This document shows, one piece after another, positions 29,159 through 39,038 of a stretch of DNA of 64,000 nucleotides. The stretch is from the NCBI GenBank assembly GCA_041744215.1, contig JBGTLG010000006.1, positions 64,001-128,000 of the forward strand, read 5' to 3'. A program made the position numbers and the translations under genes. The stretch's first letter is position 1. The number at the start of each line of letters is the position of its first letter. This stretch comes from Fimbriimonadales bacterium. Its GTDB lineage: Bacteria > Armatimonadota > Fimbriimonadia > Fimbriimonadales > ATM1. The notes below the pieces were generated by a model. It made no database searches. It saw nothing but the letters and a program-made list of their open reading frames with translations, and had not been told where the DNA came from.

Positions 29159-29941
29159 ATGAACAAGCTCGTTACGCCCATTATCGCCGCTGTTTTCGGG
29201 ACACTTGGAGGCTACTTGGCAGTCGGGGGCCAACAGCCACAGATTCAGGGAAACATTCAGGCTCAATCGTTCGATCTGGTTGACAACGCTGGAAATGTTC
29301 GTGCGAGATTTGGCATGACTCGGAGCGGCCCAGCGCTTACAATGACCGACCTTGAAGGAAGGCCACGGTTTGGCATAGGGGTCGCTCCCACGGGAACCGC
29401 TCTCTCGATTTTCGGACCATCCGGCGATGTCGCTGCTCAGCTGTCTGTCTTCGAACAGGGGCCTGGACTGACGCTCAGTTTTGCTGACGGAAGCGCTGGT
29501 GTTTCGCTCACCGCGAAACCGGACAATACAGCTACCGTTATGCTTAGAGATCCTCGAAACCGGTCACTTGCGGCAATCGGTGTCAAGTCAGACGGCAAAG
29601 GATTCGTCTCACTCGAAGAACCTGCCGCGCCAAGCAAGTTCTTACTCATGACGTCTGGCGCCGGGTCGAATCCGACGCTTTCCATGCGCGCTACGGAAGG
29701 ACACGATGTGCACTTTGGCTTTGATGGCGAGGGCAATTCGAGATTGACAATGACTCGGCCTGCTGCGCAAGGTCTAGCCGAAGTCTCACTCAGATCTAAC
29801 ATGGCCGAATACTTCGGCCTAATGCTCAAAAGTGGGAACGAACAAAGCGCAGGCGTCAGCTTGCAAAGAGACGGAGATGCGCAACTCGCCTTGAAGCCAC
29901 TCGGCGGTCCCGAGAAGAGAGTGACCGCGAGGAATCCCTAA
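29159..29941 (+). CDS. exported/anchored protein with repeated beta-hairpin units
   Basis: N-terminal hydrophobic helix; recurring L...D..G..R units. Confidence 0.7.
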   Translation: MNKLVTPIIAAVFGTLGGYLAVGGQQPQIQGNIQAQSFDLVDNAGNVRARFGMTRSGPALTMTDLEGRPRFGIGVAPTGTALSIFGPSGDVAAQLSVFEQGPGLTLSFADGSAGVSLTAKPDNTATVMLRDPRNRSLAAIGVKSDGKGFVSLEEPAAPSKFLLMTSGAGSNPTLSMRATEGHDVHFGFDGEGNSRLTMTRPAAQGLAEVSLRSNMAEYFGLMLKSGNEQSAGVSLQRDGDAQLALKPLGGPEKRVTARNP

Positions 29942-32181
29942 GCGGATTCCTCGTCGTCCGTCAAATCGAGATACTGCGCTCTGACTCGCGCCATCTCTTG
30001 TTGCAGCGTCACCAGCTTGTGATAGGTGCCAGCGACTTTCATCAGTTCATCGTGCGAGCCCGTTTCGGTGATCTTGCCGTCCTCCAAGACGAGGATTCGG
30101 TCTGCATTGCGCAAAGTGCTGAGGCGGTGGGCGATCGCGAAAACGGTTCTTCCCTCGACGAGATTATCGAGCGCTTCTTGGATCATGCGCTCCGTTTCGG
30201 TGTCGACGCTCGAAGTCGCTTCATCAAGAATCAGCACCTTTGGGTTGTGAAGGATCGCACGGGCGATGGAGATGCGTTGCCTCTCTCCACCCGAGAGTCG
30301 CTGTCCACGTTCGCCGACGTAAGTGTCATACCCATCTGGAAAGTGGGAGATAAACATATGAGCGTTTGCGGCCCGCGCCGCCTCAATGATTTCCTCCGTT
30401 GTCGCGTCGGGACGGCCATACGCGATGTTGTCGCGAATGCTGCCGGGAAACAGATACGACTCTTGAAGCACCACGCCAACATTCGAGCGAAACTCTGTCA
30501 ACTCCAGGTCGCGCAGATCCACGCCATCCATCAAAATCCGCCCCTCGGTCGGATCATAAAACCGGAGCAGCAAACTCATCGCGGTCGACTTGCCGCTGCC
30601 GCTGGGTCCGACGATGCCAATCATCTCGCCAGGCTCTACTTCAAACGTTAGGCCGTGAAGCACCTCATGCGTTTTGTCATATCCGAAGTGAACGTTTTCG
30701 AACGCAATCTTGCCTTGGTAGTTATCCAGCTTCACAGGATTTGCCGTCTCCTGTATGTCTGGAATCGTATCGATCACTTCGAACACTCGCTCCGCTGCCG
30801 TCAAGCCCCTGCTAGTCCAATCGATGAGCCGTGTGAGCATCTGCAGTGGACCTTCAAGCATCCCGAGGTAAATGCTAAACGCCATTAACTGGCCGATTGT
30901 CATTCGATCGTCGAGAACTGCGAACCCGCCTGCGTACCATACGAGAATGGTGCCCACACTAACCAAGAGCGTAATGACGGGGAAGAAGATCGCCCACGTT
31001 GTTTCTGCGGTGTAACCCGTGTCTGCCAGGTCCTTGATCCGTCGTCGGAATCGAGCCTCTTCGCGATCTTCGCCACGAAACGCCTTCACTACGCGCATGC
31101 CACTCAGAACACCTGTGAGCGCACCGGACACACGCGACCAACTGTGCCAAAACCGACGCCAAACTCGTTCGAGACGCTTCCTGAATCGGCGAACCAAAAA
31201 CAAGATGATCGGGATTGGCAAGAGAGTCCATATCGCAACCTGCCAGTTAATGAGTAGAAGCGCTACGGGAATTCCGATGAGCAACAGGCCCTGAGTGAGC
31301 AGCATTGGAATCCCATCGACGAGTACTTCATAAAGCGCGCCCGTATCGTTCGTGACTCGCGACATGACGCTCCCAATAGTGCGCTTGTCGTAGAACGACA
31401 GTGAGAGTCGCTGCATGTGATTGAACAGCTGTGTGCGAACGTCCACCGTCACCTTGTTGCCAAGCCAGGCATTGAGCCACAGCCTTGCCATTTGGATTCC
31501 GGTAAGCAACAGTCGAGTCCCCACGAGTGCTCCAATCAGAATGAAGAACAGATGCATGTTCGTCTTTGGCTGAAGAACTCGGTCTGTCAGGATTCCCACG
31601 AGATACGGCCACGCGAGAGCAGTCATCCGATCGCAAAAAACCAAGAAGATGCTTAAGATCACCCAGTACTTGTAGGGTTTGAGAAATCCGCCAAGCCTTA
31701 TAAGCGTTTGACCGCGATTCAGACAGGCTTCGCAAATGTCGGAGTCCTTTGGCAGCGGCCGCTTACACTTTGGGCAGAGCCGCTTTGTTTCGATGTAGGT
31801 GTCTGCCGATTCGCTTTGGCGAACCTGATTGAGTTTCTTCGCGGTCGTCGCGATGTGACCTGCGTGCGCTGAGGTGCTTCGAATGAGCTCAATAGTTCGG
31901 CCACCGATTGTTGCGATCAGGCAGCCAGCGTCAACTAGTTCCTCGTACCGAAAGTTGCTCAGATCTTCGAGAGACCATGACCCCGCGATGCGTGCCGTTG
32001 TGCCAACGGAGATTTCTCCGTTGGCAGGTTCGAGGCGCCAAAGGCGATCTCGAGACGCAAGGAGCCAGTTCTCGCCGTAACGCCCGCTCGGCAAAATGTC
32101 CGACTCAATCGCGACCATAACTTTTTCTCCCTCCGCCAATGGGAGGGACTTAATGAGTGAGTCGGCCAACTCGAGCGCCAT
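29938..32181 (-). CDS. ABC exporter (permease+ATPase) with N-terminal extension and Zn-ribbon
   Basis: GPSGSGKS, LSGGERQR, ILDEATS, AHRLST; CPKC..CEAC. Confidence 0.92.
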   Translation of the reverse strand: MALELADSLIKSLPLAEGEKVMVAIESDILPSGRYGENWLLASRDRLWRLEPANGEISVGTTARIAGSWSLEDLSNFRYEELVDAGCLIATIGGRTIELIRSTSAHAGHIATTAKKLNQVRQSESADTYIETKRLCPKCKRPLPKDSDICEACLNRGQTLIRLGGFLKPYKYWVILSIFLVFCDRMTALAWPYLVGILTDRVLQPKTNMHLFFILIGALVGTRLLLTGIQMARLWLNAWLGNKVTVDVRTQLFNHMQRLSLSFYDKRTIGSVMSRVTNDTGALYEVLVDGIPMLLTQGLLLIGIPVALLLINWQVAIWTLLPIPIILFLVRRFRKRLERVWRRFWHSWSRVSGALTGVLSGMRVVKAFRGEDREEARFRRRIKDLADTGYTAETTWAIFFPVITLLVSVGTILVWYAGGFAVLDDRMTIGQLMAFSIYLGMLEGPLQMLTRLIDWTSRGLTAAERVFEVIDTIPDIQETANPVKLDNYQGKIAFENVHFGYDKTHEVLHGLTFEVEPGEMIGIVGPSGSGKSTAMSLLLRFYDPTEGRILMDGVDLRDLELTEFRSNVGVVLQESYLFPGSIRDNIAYGRPDATTEEIIEAARAANAHMFISHFPDGYDTYVGERGQRLSGGERQRISIARAILHNPKVLILDEATSSVDTETERMIQEALDNLVEGRTVFAIAHRLSTLRNADRILVLEDGKITETGSHDELMKVAGTYHKLVTLQQEMARVRAQYLDLTDDEESA

Positions 32182-32294
32182 CTTCGGTCGGATTGTACAC
32201 AACCCGTGCCTCTGCGTCCCGCAATCCCAGTAACTTCGCTCGGCTGTCAGGTCACTGCTCACGGCATACAGGTGTGTGGGTGAGTGAAACAGCG

Positions 32295-32501
32295 ATGGCG
32301 CGGCGTGAACTGAGGGTAGTTAGACTAATCGAGCCAGATTTATGCGTGGAGTGTAGGTTTGCGCAGCAAGCAGACGTGGAAACCGTAGACGGCTCGTTCC
32401 AAAAGATGCTTTACTGCCGCCGCCTCGATTGCGACAACTGGGACTACTCCAGCGCGGAACCGGCGGTTCACGTCGACGTTCAGTCCGACGAAGCTGCCTG
32501 A
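32295..32501 (+). CDS. small Cys-rich protein (CxxC...CxxxxC)
   Basis: 68-aa ORF MARRELRVV..CVECRFA..YCRRLDCDNWD. Confidence 0.7.
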   Translation: MARRELRVVRLIEPDLCVECRFAQQADVETVDGSFQKMLYCRRLDCDNWDYSSAEPAVHVDVQSDEAA

Positions 32502-32539
32502 GCCGGAACAATCTCGCACCAAAACCGGTCTGCGAACTG

Positions 32540-32660
32540 AGGCCAATTCACACCTCCGAAGGCCCTTAATCGATTGCTCGCGCGTCCATCAGTCCCTCCA
32601 TGCGTGAGCAAGCACACCACGCCCGCTTAGCTCAGGCTGAGCGGGCGTCCTTTCCTTTTG
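32540..32660 (+). ncRNA. candidate sRNA with two CCUCC-loop hairpins and a terminator
   Basis: GGAAC-N18-GTC promoter (32505-32530); loops ACACCUCC and CAGUCCCUCC; terminator 32619-32660. Confidence 0.6.
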
Positions 32661-32705
32661 CCACCAGCTTTTGGGTAATGTTTAAGTCATTAGTTGGGTT
32701 CGGCG

Positions 32706-33785
32706 ATGAGGATCGTCCATTTTGTTGATTCGACAGACCCGCAGGGGACGGAGCGACACCTCCTCGAAGTGGCGGAGGCGCAGGCACAGCGAGGATTCGA
32801 CGTGCTTGTGGTGTGTCCGCCTGGTGGCTGGTTGCCGTCTGCCTTGGAAAGCGCCGGCCTCCGTACGGTCCAATCGCCAGTGAAGCGTCGCGATCCCATG
32901 TCTCTGCTTCGAATTCGAAGCAGAATTCTCGAGTTTGCCCCGACCGTCATCCACGCTCACTCAGAGCGTGCCGCCGGCCTGGCTCCTTTCGTCACCTGGC
33001 CACGGAGAACGCCCGTCTTGGCTACCGTCCATATGCCCCGTTTTCACCCCATTTACATTCAAACAGTCAACAACGGCGGCATCGTCATCATTGTCGCTGA
33101 CATCTTGCGAAACATGCTTGTCGAAGCGGGCGTTCCGGGTGACCGAATCAGGCTCGTGCACAACAGCACCTCTATGGTGCGGGAACCTGTTCGACCAGTC
33201 GACCCTGGCAAGCGAACCGAGTTAGGTGTGCCAACTGACAGGGTTCTGTTCTCAATGGTCGCCAGGTACTGCGAGGACAAGGGCCAACTCGTGGCCGTCG
33301 CCGCGCTGGCAGGCATGGAGCCCGAGCTTCGATCTCGAATTCACTTTCTCTTCGCGGGCCCTAGCGATCCAGGGTGGGACGCTCGCGTGACGTGTGCCGT
33401 CGAAGAGGCTGGGGTGCAGGATCACGTCACGTTGTTGGGGCCACGAGCCGACGGACCCGACTTGATTCGGAACTCCGACGTACTTGTCCTCCCAAGCGCG
33501 CACGAGGCGTTCCCGATTTCCATACTTGAGGCGATGGCACTCGCGAAGCCGGTGATCGCGACCAATGTCGGAGGCGTGTGCGAAGCGCTGATGGACGGGA
33601 AGACGGGAATTGTGATTGAGAGAAACGCGGAGTCGCTAATCAGCGCGATCGATCGACTCGCATCTCGCCCTGACGAAAGGGAGAGCATGGGCCTCGCCGC
33701 GCGGCAAAGGGTTGAAAAGTACTTCTCGCCAGACGCAATGAACGACGCAATTCTATCTGCCTATCATGAGGCGGCTGGGAGATAG
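32706..33785 (+). CDS. GT4 glycosyltransferase
   Basis: GTERH, IHAH, KG, EAFPISILEAMA..PVIATNVGG. Confidence 0.9.
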   Translation: MRIVHFVDSTDPQGTERHLLEVAEAQAQRGFDVLVVCPPGGWLPSALESAGLRTVQSPVKRRDPMSLLRIRSRILEFAPTVIHAHSERAAGLAPFVTWPRRTPVLATVHMPRFHPIYIQTVNNGGIVIIVADILRNMLVEAGVPGDRIRLVHNSTSMVREPVRPVDPGKRTELGVPTDRVLFSMVARYCEDKGQLVAVAALAGMEPELRSRIHFLFAGPSDPGWDARVTCAVEEAGVQDHVTLLGPRADGPDLIRNSDVLVLPSAHEAFPISILEAMALAKPVIATNVGGVCEALMDGKTGIVIERNAESLISAIDRLASRPDERESMGLAARQRVEKYFSPDAMNDAILSAYHEAAGR

Positions 33786-33795
33786 TGCGCCGTGC

Positions 33796-34344
33796 TCATC
33801 GCGATGACGGTTTGTCGCTGGAAAAACTGCCCTGAACTGTCGTGCGATCATCTTTGATGTCCACTGTTGCTTCGATCTTGTCGCCCACAATGCTCGTGAC
33901 CATCACACCACCCGGATCTGAGTCCTCGAACACCTTGATAGCTACAGTCCCTTCACTTGTGAAGATCGTAATGGCTGCAAACTTATCCTGCGGATTCATC
34001 GCGTACGTGTAGTTCCCAGGTGTCAACTCGTTGTCTCCGTCGAACAACGCGATCTGCACCTTGATATCGCCCCTTTCCCTTATCCGCTCATAAGGGTTAC
34101 CGCCATCCTTTTCTGCATCGTAGTTTCTGAGGATGATTGACTTGCCTGTCCCATACGCTTGGATCGTCTCTGCAGAAGTGAGTTCTCCGCTCCAGCCGTC
34201 GCCTGTAGCTACTACATGGGTGTTCGATGCAGGCGGCTTGACATCCGCCGGTGCCTCGGAAGCTTGGATAGGCTCTTCCGACTTGCCGCAACCTGCGACG
34301 ATCAATATGGCAAGAAGTGCCGCGATGAAGATTGAGCTTCTCAT
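33796..34344 (-). CDS. lipoprotein of unknown function
   Basis: Lipobox VAGC. Confidence 0.75.
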   Translation of the reverse strand: MRSSIFIAALLAILIVAGCGKSEEPIQASEAPADVKPPASNTHVVATGDGWSGELTSAETIQAYGTGKSIILRNYDAEKDGGNPYERIRERGDIKVQIALFDGDNELTPGNYTYAMNPQDKFAAITIFTSEGTVAIKVFEDSDPGGVMVTSIVGDKIEATVDIKDDRTTVQGSFSSDKPSSR

Positions 34345-34393
34345 AGTTGAATCGCACCTAAGTCTACCGAAGGAACTCCTCGGAGAGTAATCG

Positions 34394-35767
34394 GTGTATG
34401 CTTCCGCATCGATGTTCCTCGCAGCTGTCGCCCTCTTCGCAAGTCAACCCACGCTCGCCATAGAGAACCACTCTAATGGCGACGTTGTTCGTTACCCCGT
34501 AGTTCTGCTTCGCGGAAAGGCGAACCCCGATGGCGAGGTTGTAATCTCGAGCGCTACAAATAGGGGACCGGATGGCAGATACGAGACAAAATCTGTAAAC
34601 GGCAGATTCGTTGGGCTTGTCGAGTTGTTACCCGGCAGGAATCAGATCAACGTGACGTCGGGTGGGAAGCGAGAATCGCTGACAATTGAGTACGCCCCCG
34701 CCAAGTCTGAACACGTCGTCGAAGTTATCTGGCTCGTCCCAGAAGACGAACGGACGACTTATGCGTCGCCATTTCTTCGAGACCCGCAAAACTACGAAGC
34801 AAAACTCGACACCGTCGCTAAGCTGATGCAAACAATGACCGCAGAATCGCTCCACGAGCACGGCTTTGGAAGGAAAACGTTCGCGCTGAACTTGGACGAA
34901 AAAGGCCGGGTTCGGGTGCAGACGCTCGTCTTTCCACACAAGCGCAGCGAACTGGTTGCGAAAGAAGGCGGCGAGCTTTGGGGGATGATCAACAGTTGGC
35001 TCGTCTCGCGAAAGATGACCGACCTCCAGAAGAATCTCGTATTGATGAGCTTCACAGAATACGACGCTAAGGAGCGAACTGCTCGAGCGCACACAGCACT
35101 CGGCGGAGGCGCGTTAGCGTTGTTCGGCGGAGCGACTGTATGGTCATGGCCAGCGACCATTCGCGACGCGCAGTCTGTGTTCGCAGACGATACATCCATC
35201 GACCCCGCTCATGCGCTTGATGACAGTGCTGGCAGATCGACTCGCTGGGCGCTTGCCTCGACGACGATTGGCGCATGCCTGCACGAGCTTGGACACACGC
35301 TTGGCTTGCCACACACCGCAGACCCAACATGCATCATGTCTCGAGGGTTCGACCGATTCAATCGAGTTTTCACTTTAGTCGAACCGAAGTCCGCGCGCAA
35401 CTCCGAGCCGATCGTTTTCTCGGATGAGTCTCAGAACGCTCGCTGGTCTCCTTACTTTGCCGCGCAGTTGTCAGTAAGTCGATGGTTTGTTGCGGACTCA
35501 AGAACTTACGACAGTTCTAACCGACCCAAAATCAGTGTTGAGGGCGCGGAGGTAGTGATTGAATCCCCTCATGGGCTCGCGTTTGTTGGTTATCAGATCG
35601 GCGATCCTGTGACAAAGAGCCACCACGAATTGACCGTCGGCGCGCCAACCCGATTCACGATATCCACTGAGGCGCTTTCTTCGAGAGTTGGCGACTCAGG
35701 AGAACGTACGGTACTTGCGATTGACCGTCAGGGCAACACGAGTCGGCACACGATCAAGTCGGACTAA
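34394..35767 (+). CDS. secreted metzincin-like zinc metallopeptidase
   Basis: Signal peptide, AHTALGGG, HELGHTLGLPH, Met-turn CIMS. Confidence 0.82.
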   Translation: MYASASMFLAAVALFASQPTLAIENHSNGDVVRYPVVLLRGKANPDGEVVISSATNRGPDGRYETKSVNGRFVGLVELLPGRNQINVTSGGKRESLTIEYAPAKSEHVVEVIWLVPEDERTTYASPFLRDPQNYEAKLDTVAKLMQTMTAESLHEHGFGRKTFALNLDEKGRVRVQTLVFPHKRSELVAKEGGELWGMINSWLVSRKMTDLQKNLVLMSFTEYDAKERTARAHTALGGGALALFGGATVWSWPATIRDAQSVFADDTSIDPAHALDDSAGRSTRWALASTTIGACLHELGHTLGLPHTADPTCIMSRGFDRFNRVFTLVEPKSARNSEPIVFSDESQNARWSPYFAAQLSVSRWFVADSRTYDSSNRPKISVEGAEVVIESPHGLAFVGYQIGDPVTKSHHELTVGAPTRFTISTEALSSRVGDSGERTVLAIDRQGNTSRHTIKSD

Positions 35768-36321
35768 CTGTCTTCGACTCGCTTCTTGAATTGGAGCACC
35801 TCGCCATTGATGCAGAACCGCAGGTTCGTTGGCGGAGGCCCATCTCCGAACAGGTGTCCTAAGTGTCCATCGCATCGTGAACAGAGCACTTCTGCTCGCG
35901 ACATTCCGTAGGAATAGTCTGCGCGCAGCCAGATGGACTCTTTCGTCGCAGGTTGGAAGAACGACGGCCAACCGGTACCAGAATTGAATTTTGCGCCCGT
36001 TCTGAAAAGTTCTAGGTCGCAACCCACGCAATGGAAAGAACCCGCCTCTTTCACATCCGTGAGTGGGCTGCAGAACGGCGTTTCGGTTCCGTGATTGCGG
36101 AGGATCCGGTATTGCTCCGCGGTCAGCGATTCCTTCCACGCTTCGTCCGACTTGACAACCTTGTCCTCGCGCTTTGGGCTTTCATTCAGGTAGCCGTGTT
36201 TCATTTCAGGGGGTAGGGGCGGGGTCGATTGCTCACCGCCACCGCCGGTCTGGCCAGCTGAAAAGCAAGCGCAAACCATGATTGCCGCCAGAGAAGCAAT
36301 GAGTGTCCAAGCAATGGTCAT
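35764..36321 (-). CDS. msrB: peptide-methionine (R)-S-oxide reductase with export signal
   Basis: GTETPF, KFNSGTGWPSF, HLGHLF.DGP, RFCIN; hydrophobic N-terminus. Confidence 0.95.
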   Translation of the reverse strand: MTIAWTLIASLAAIMVCACFSAGQTGGGGEQSTPPLPPEMKHGYLNESPKREDKVVKSDEAWKESLTAEQYRILRNHGTETPFCSPLTDVKEAGSFHCVGCDLELFRTGAKFNSGTGWPSFFQPATKESIWLRADYSYGMSRAEVLCSRCDGHLGHLFGDGPPPTNLRFCINGEVLQFKKRVEDS

Positions 36322-36337
36322 GATCCTGTTCTCCTTG

Positions 36338-36363
36338 AACTCCTCGGCGTCGCGTTTGGTTCC
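36338..36363 (-). promoter_or_regulatory. ECF promoter GGAAC-N18-GTT for msrB
   Basis: Same motif and spacing as at msrA. Confidence 0.7.
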
Positions 36364-36449
36364 CTTGAGGCGAGTCCTGGAGACAGGGAGTTTCGATTTT
36401 GTCACCGGGCGGTCGCTCGAGTCCGATCATCGGGCATAATCCTGCCCCC

Positions 36450-37058
36450 ATGGCAGTGGACATTATCGACGCGTGGAACGCGGGGCTCGAGGACATAAAG
36501 AAGCGGGTGACCGGTGTGGGTGTTTGGACGGCGCTCAACGTCGCGATTCCGATCACCGTTGAAGACGGGCAACTCGTCATCGGCTTCCGAACGCAAGACC
36601 AGGACCTGATCGGCCACCTGAAGATGGCCGGGACCCAGCGAATCATCGAAGAGGAGATGAGTCGTCGCCTCAAAGATAAGGTGAAAGTCTTCCTGCTTAA
36701 TGGCGTTACGATCAACGACTGGGAAGCCTACAAGAGAATCAAGGAAGAGGCGCAAAAGACCAGGTCGAAGGAAGTAGAGCGAACTCGACGGGACAACGAG
36801 GAGGCGCGACAGTGGGACGGAGTCTATGACAACCTCAGCCGAATCTACTCGTCGATCAACAATAAGAACTTGCCACAGCAGCGAGCACGGTTCATGGCGC
36901 AGGCGATTGACCTCGTTGCGCGCCAGGTGAGTTCACGCGAGTTGGACGAGTTTGGCGAGAGGAATCTCGCCCGGTGCCTTGAACGCATCAGCCAGTACAG
37001 CGAGGTGCCCGCCCCTTGGATCGCCCTCCGAATCCTCGAGAAAGCCGGGCAAATCTGA
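36450..37058 (+). CDS. hypothetical protein; N-terminus resembles DnaA domain I
   Basis: W...LEDIK....WTAL....PITVEDGQLVIG; leaderless start after CATAAT. Confidence 0.7.
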   Translation: MAVDIIDAWNAGLEDIKKRVTGVGVWTALNVAIPITVEDGQLVIGFRTQDQDLIGHLKMAGTQRIIEEEMSRRLKDKVKVFLLNGVTINDWEAYKRIKEEAQKTRSKEVERTRRDNEEARQWDGVYDNLSRIYSSINNKNLPQQRARFMAQAIDLVARQVSSRELDEFGERNLARCLERISQYSEVPAPWIALRILEKAGQI

Positions 37059-37062
37059 CCCG

Positions 37063-37848
37063 ATGATCGAGGCCGTTGTCCTCGGTTGCGGTACAAGCCA
37101 CGGCGTTCCAGTTATTGGGTGCGGATGTGCGGTTTGCACGAGCGACAGCCCTAAGAACAACCGGACCAGGTCTGGCTTGCTGCTTGAGTCGCACTCCACT
37201 AGGATCCTGATTGATGCGCCACCAGAGTTGCGACTTCAACTCACACGCGAGAATGTCTCCCGCCTCGACGCAGTCATCATAACGCACTCTCATGCCGATC
37301 ACATCATGGGCCTCGATGACTTGCGAAGGTTCAATGAGATTTCAGGCAAACAAGTCACGCTCTTTGCCCAGCCTTCCGTCTTGGAAGATGTTCGCCGGGT
37401 CTTCCGGTATGCCTTCGATGCGAACGCTCAGAAAGGCGGTGGGCTGCCCCGGTTTGAGCTTGCGCCCATGCCAGACTGGCTAGACATTGGCGATGTTCGG
37501 GTCCAGGCGTTCGAGGTGCAGCATGGTCGGCTTCCGGTGCTTGGATTGCGCATGGGCGGCCTTGCCTACCTAACGGATGTTAGCGAGATTCCCCCTCTTG
37601 CGCGAGCTCGGCTGAACTCGTTAGACACGCTGATCGTGGACGCCACGCGGTACGCTCCTCACCCGACCCACTTCCACTTTCAGCGCGCAATCGAGGTTGC
37701 GCAAGAAGTCGGCGCTCGGCAGACATACCTGACGCATCTTTCGCACGATTACGACTACGACGCAGTCCAAGCCGACCTTCCCGAGGGGATAGCACTATCT
37801 TATGATGGGCTCCGAATTCCGATCGAAATGGCAAATTCTGATGAATGA
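37063..37848 (+). CDS. MBL-fold phosphodiesterase (PhnP-like)
   Basis: LGCGTS.GVP..GC.C..C, THSHADH, YLTD, THLSH. Confidence 0.9.
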   Translation: MIEAVVLGCGTSHGVPVIGCGCAVCTSDSPKNNRTRSGLLLESHSTRILIDAPPELRLQLTRENVSRLDAVIITHSHADHIMGLDDLRRFNEISGKQVTLFAQPSVLEDVRRVFRYAFDANAQKGGGLPRFELAPMPDWLDIGDVRVQAFEVQHGRLPVLGLRMGGLAYLTDVSEIPPLARARLNSLDTLIVDATRYAPHPTHFHFQRAIEVAQEVGARQTYLTHLSHDYDYDAVQADLPEGIALSYDGLRIPIEMANSDE

Positions 37849-37862
37849 CTCTAACAATTCCC

Positions 37863-37890
37863 TAAGGAAAACCTCATAATCTGCCGTAAA
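37863..37890 (+). promoter_or_regulatory. sigma28-type promoter
   Basis: TAAG-N16-GCCGTAAA upstream of the fliA/whiG operon. Confidence 0.55.
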
Positions 37891-37942
37891 TTGATACTGG
37901 AAGAGTGGCAGAGGGACTTTCACACTCCCCGTTGGCTCGGTA

Positions 37943-38227
37943 ATGGTAAGAGATGGCAACAGTGTCGCCCGACGGCGCCCGGCAGGAGGCTCAGCTTTGC
38001 CTAAGCTGATCGGTTTGCTTTGCGCCTTGATTTCGTTGGCGGCCTCCGTGCTCGGTCAAGTCGAGCCCGGAACCGCGCTCCTGAGAGCCGGGATCGCCTT
38101 CATCGCCGGGTCCCTTCTGACACAGGCTTGGTACGTTTTCATCGCGACACGCGTCACTACCGTCGATCAGCTGCCGCATTTAACCGACGATTCCGCGTCG
38201 GAAGATGAGGAGAGGAAAGCAGCATAG
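37943..38227 (+). CDS. small 2-TM protein
   Basis: Two TM segments, acidic tail; directly before the sigma28 gene. Confidence 0.65.
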   Translation: MVRDGNSVARRRPAGGSALPKLIGLLCALISLAASVLGQVEPGTALLRAGIAFIAGSLLTQAWYVFIATRVTTVDQLPHLTDDSASEDEERKAA

Positions 38228-38243
38228 GAGAGAGGAACAGCGT

Positions 38244-39029
38244 ATGGCCCATCTTGATAAGCAACGTCTCGCCGCGCTCTGGGAACAATTCAAGGTGCAG
38301 GGGAACCAGGAAGCGCGCGCGGAGATCATTCAGAACTTCGCGCACTTAGTAAAGATCACCGCTGGGAGGGTGGTCGGTACCGTCCCGGCTGGAATGGATC
38401 GGGACGACCTCGCAAGCGCCGGCACCATTGGCCTGCTCAAGGCCGTCGATCAGTTTGATCCAGGCCGCGAGGTGAAATTTGAGACTTATGCCATCGCATT
38501 GATTCGGGGCGCGATTCTCGAGATGTTGCGGAGCGAAGATTGGGTGCCCCGCTCAGTCCGAGAAAAATTGAAGGCATTCGAGCGCACCCTGACGTCGCTG
38601 GAGGGGCAGGCCGGACGTCCCCCGACCGAAGCGGAAATCGCCGCGGCGATGGGGATATCGGAGGAAGATCTCCGCGAGATCATGCAGCAAGCTGGGCGTA
38701 CCGGCGTACTATCTCTGGAGGGCGCTACCTCAGGCGGCGAAGGCGAAGAACACTCTCACTTCATCGATCTTCTGGTAGACGAGAATGCATCCCCCGAAGC
38801 CGAGGCGGAAGGCCGCGAACTGCGACGCATCCTCAGTTCGGGCGTGGATCGGCTGCCGGACCGCGAAAGGCTCGTTGTCGCGCTCTACTACTATGAAGGG
38901 CTCACTTTCAAGGAGATTGGTCAAGTTCTGAGCGTCTCCGAAAGCCGAGTCTATCAACTCCACACACAAGCGATGACCCGAATTCGAACCCATATGCAAG
39001 CCCAGGGAGGCATTTACGCTGCCTATTAG
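38244..39029 (+). CDS. fliA: FliA/WhiG family sigma factor
   Basis: FETYA..LIRGAI, DWVPRSVR, LYYYEGLTFKEIG..L.VSESRV.QLH. Confidence 0.93.
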   Translation: MAHLDKQRLAALWEQFKVQGNQEARAEIIQNFAHLVKITAGRVVGTVPAGMDRDDLASAGTIGLLKAVDQFDPGREVKFETYAIALIRGAILEMLRSEDWVPRSVREKLKAFERTLTSLEGQAGRPPTEAEIAAAMGISEEDLREIMQQAGRTGVLSLEGATSGGEGEEHSHFIDLLVDENASPEAEAEGRELRRILSSGVDRLPDRERLVVALYYYEGLTFKEIGQVLSVSESRVYQLHTQAMTRIRTHMQAQGGIYAAY

Positions 39030-39038
39030 GCAAGGAGG

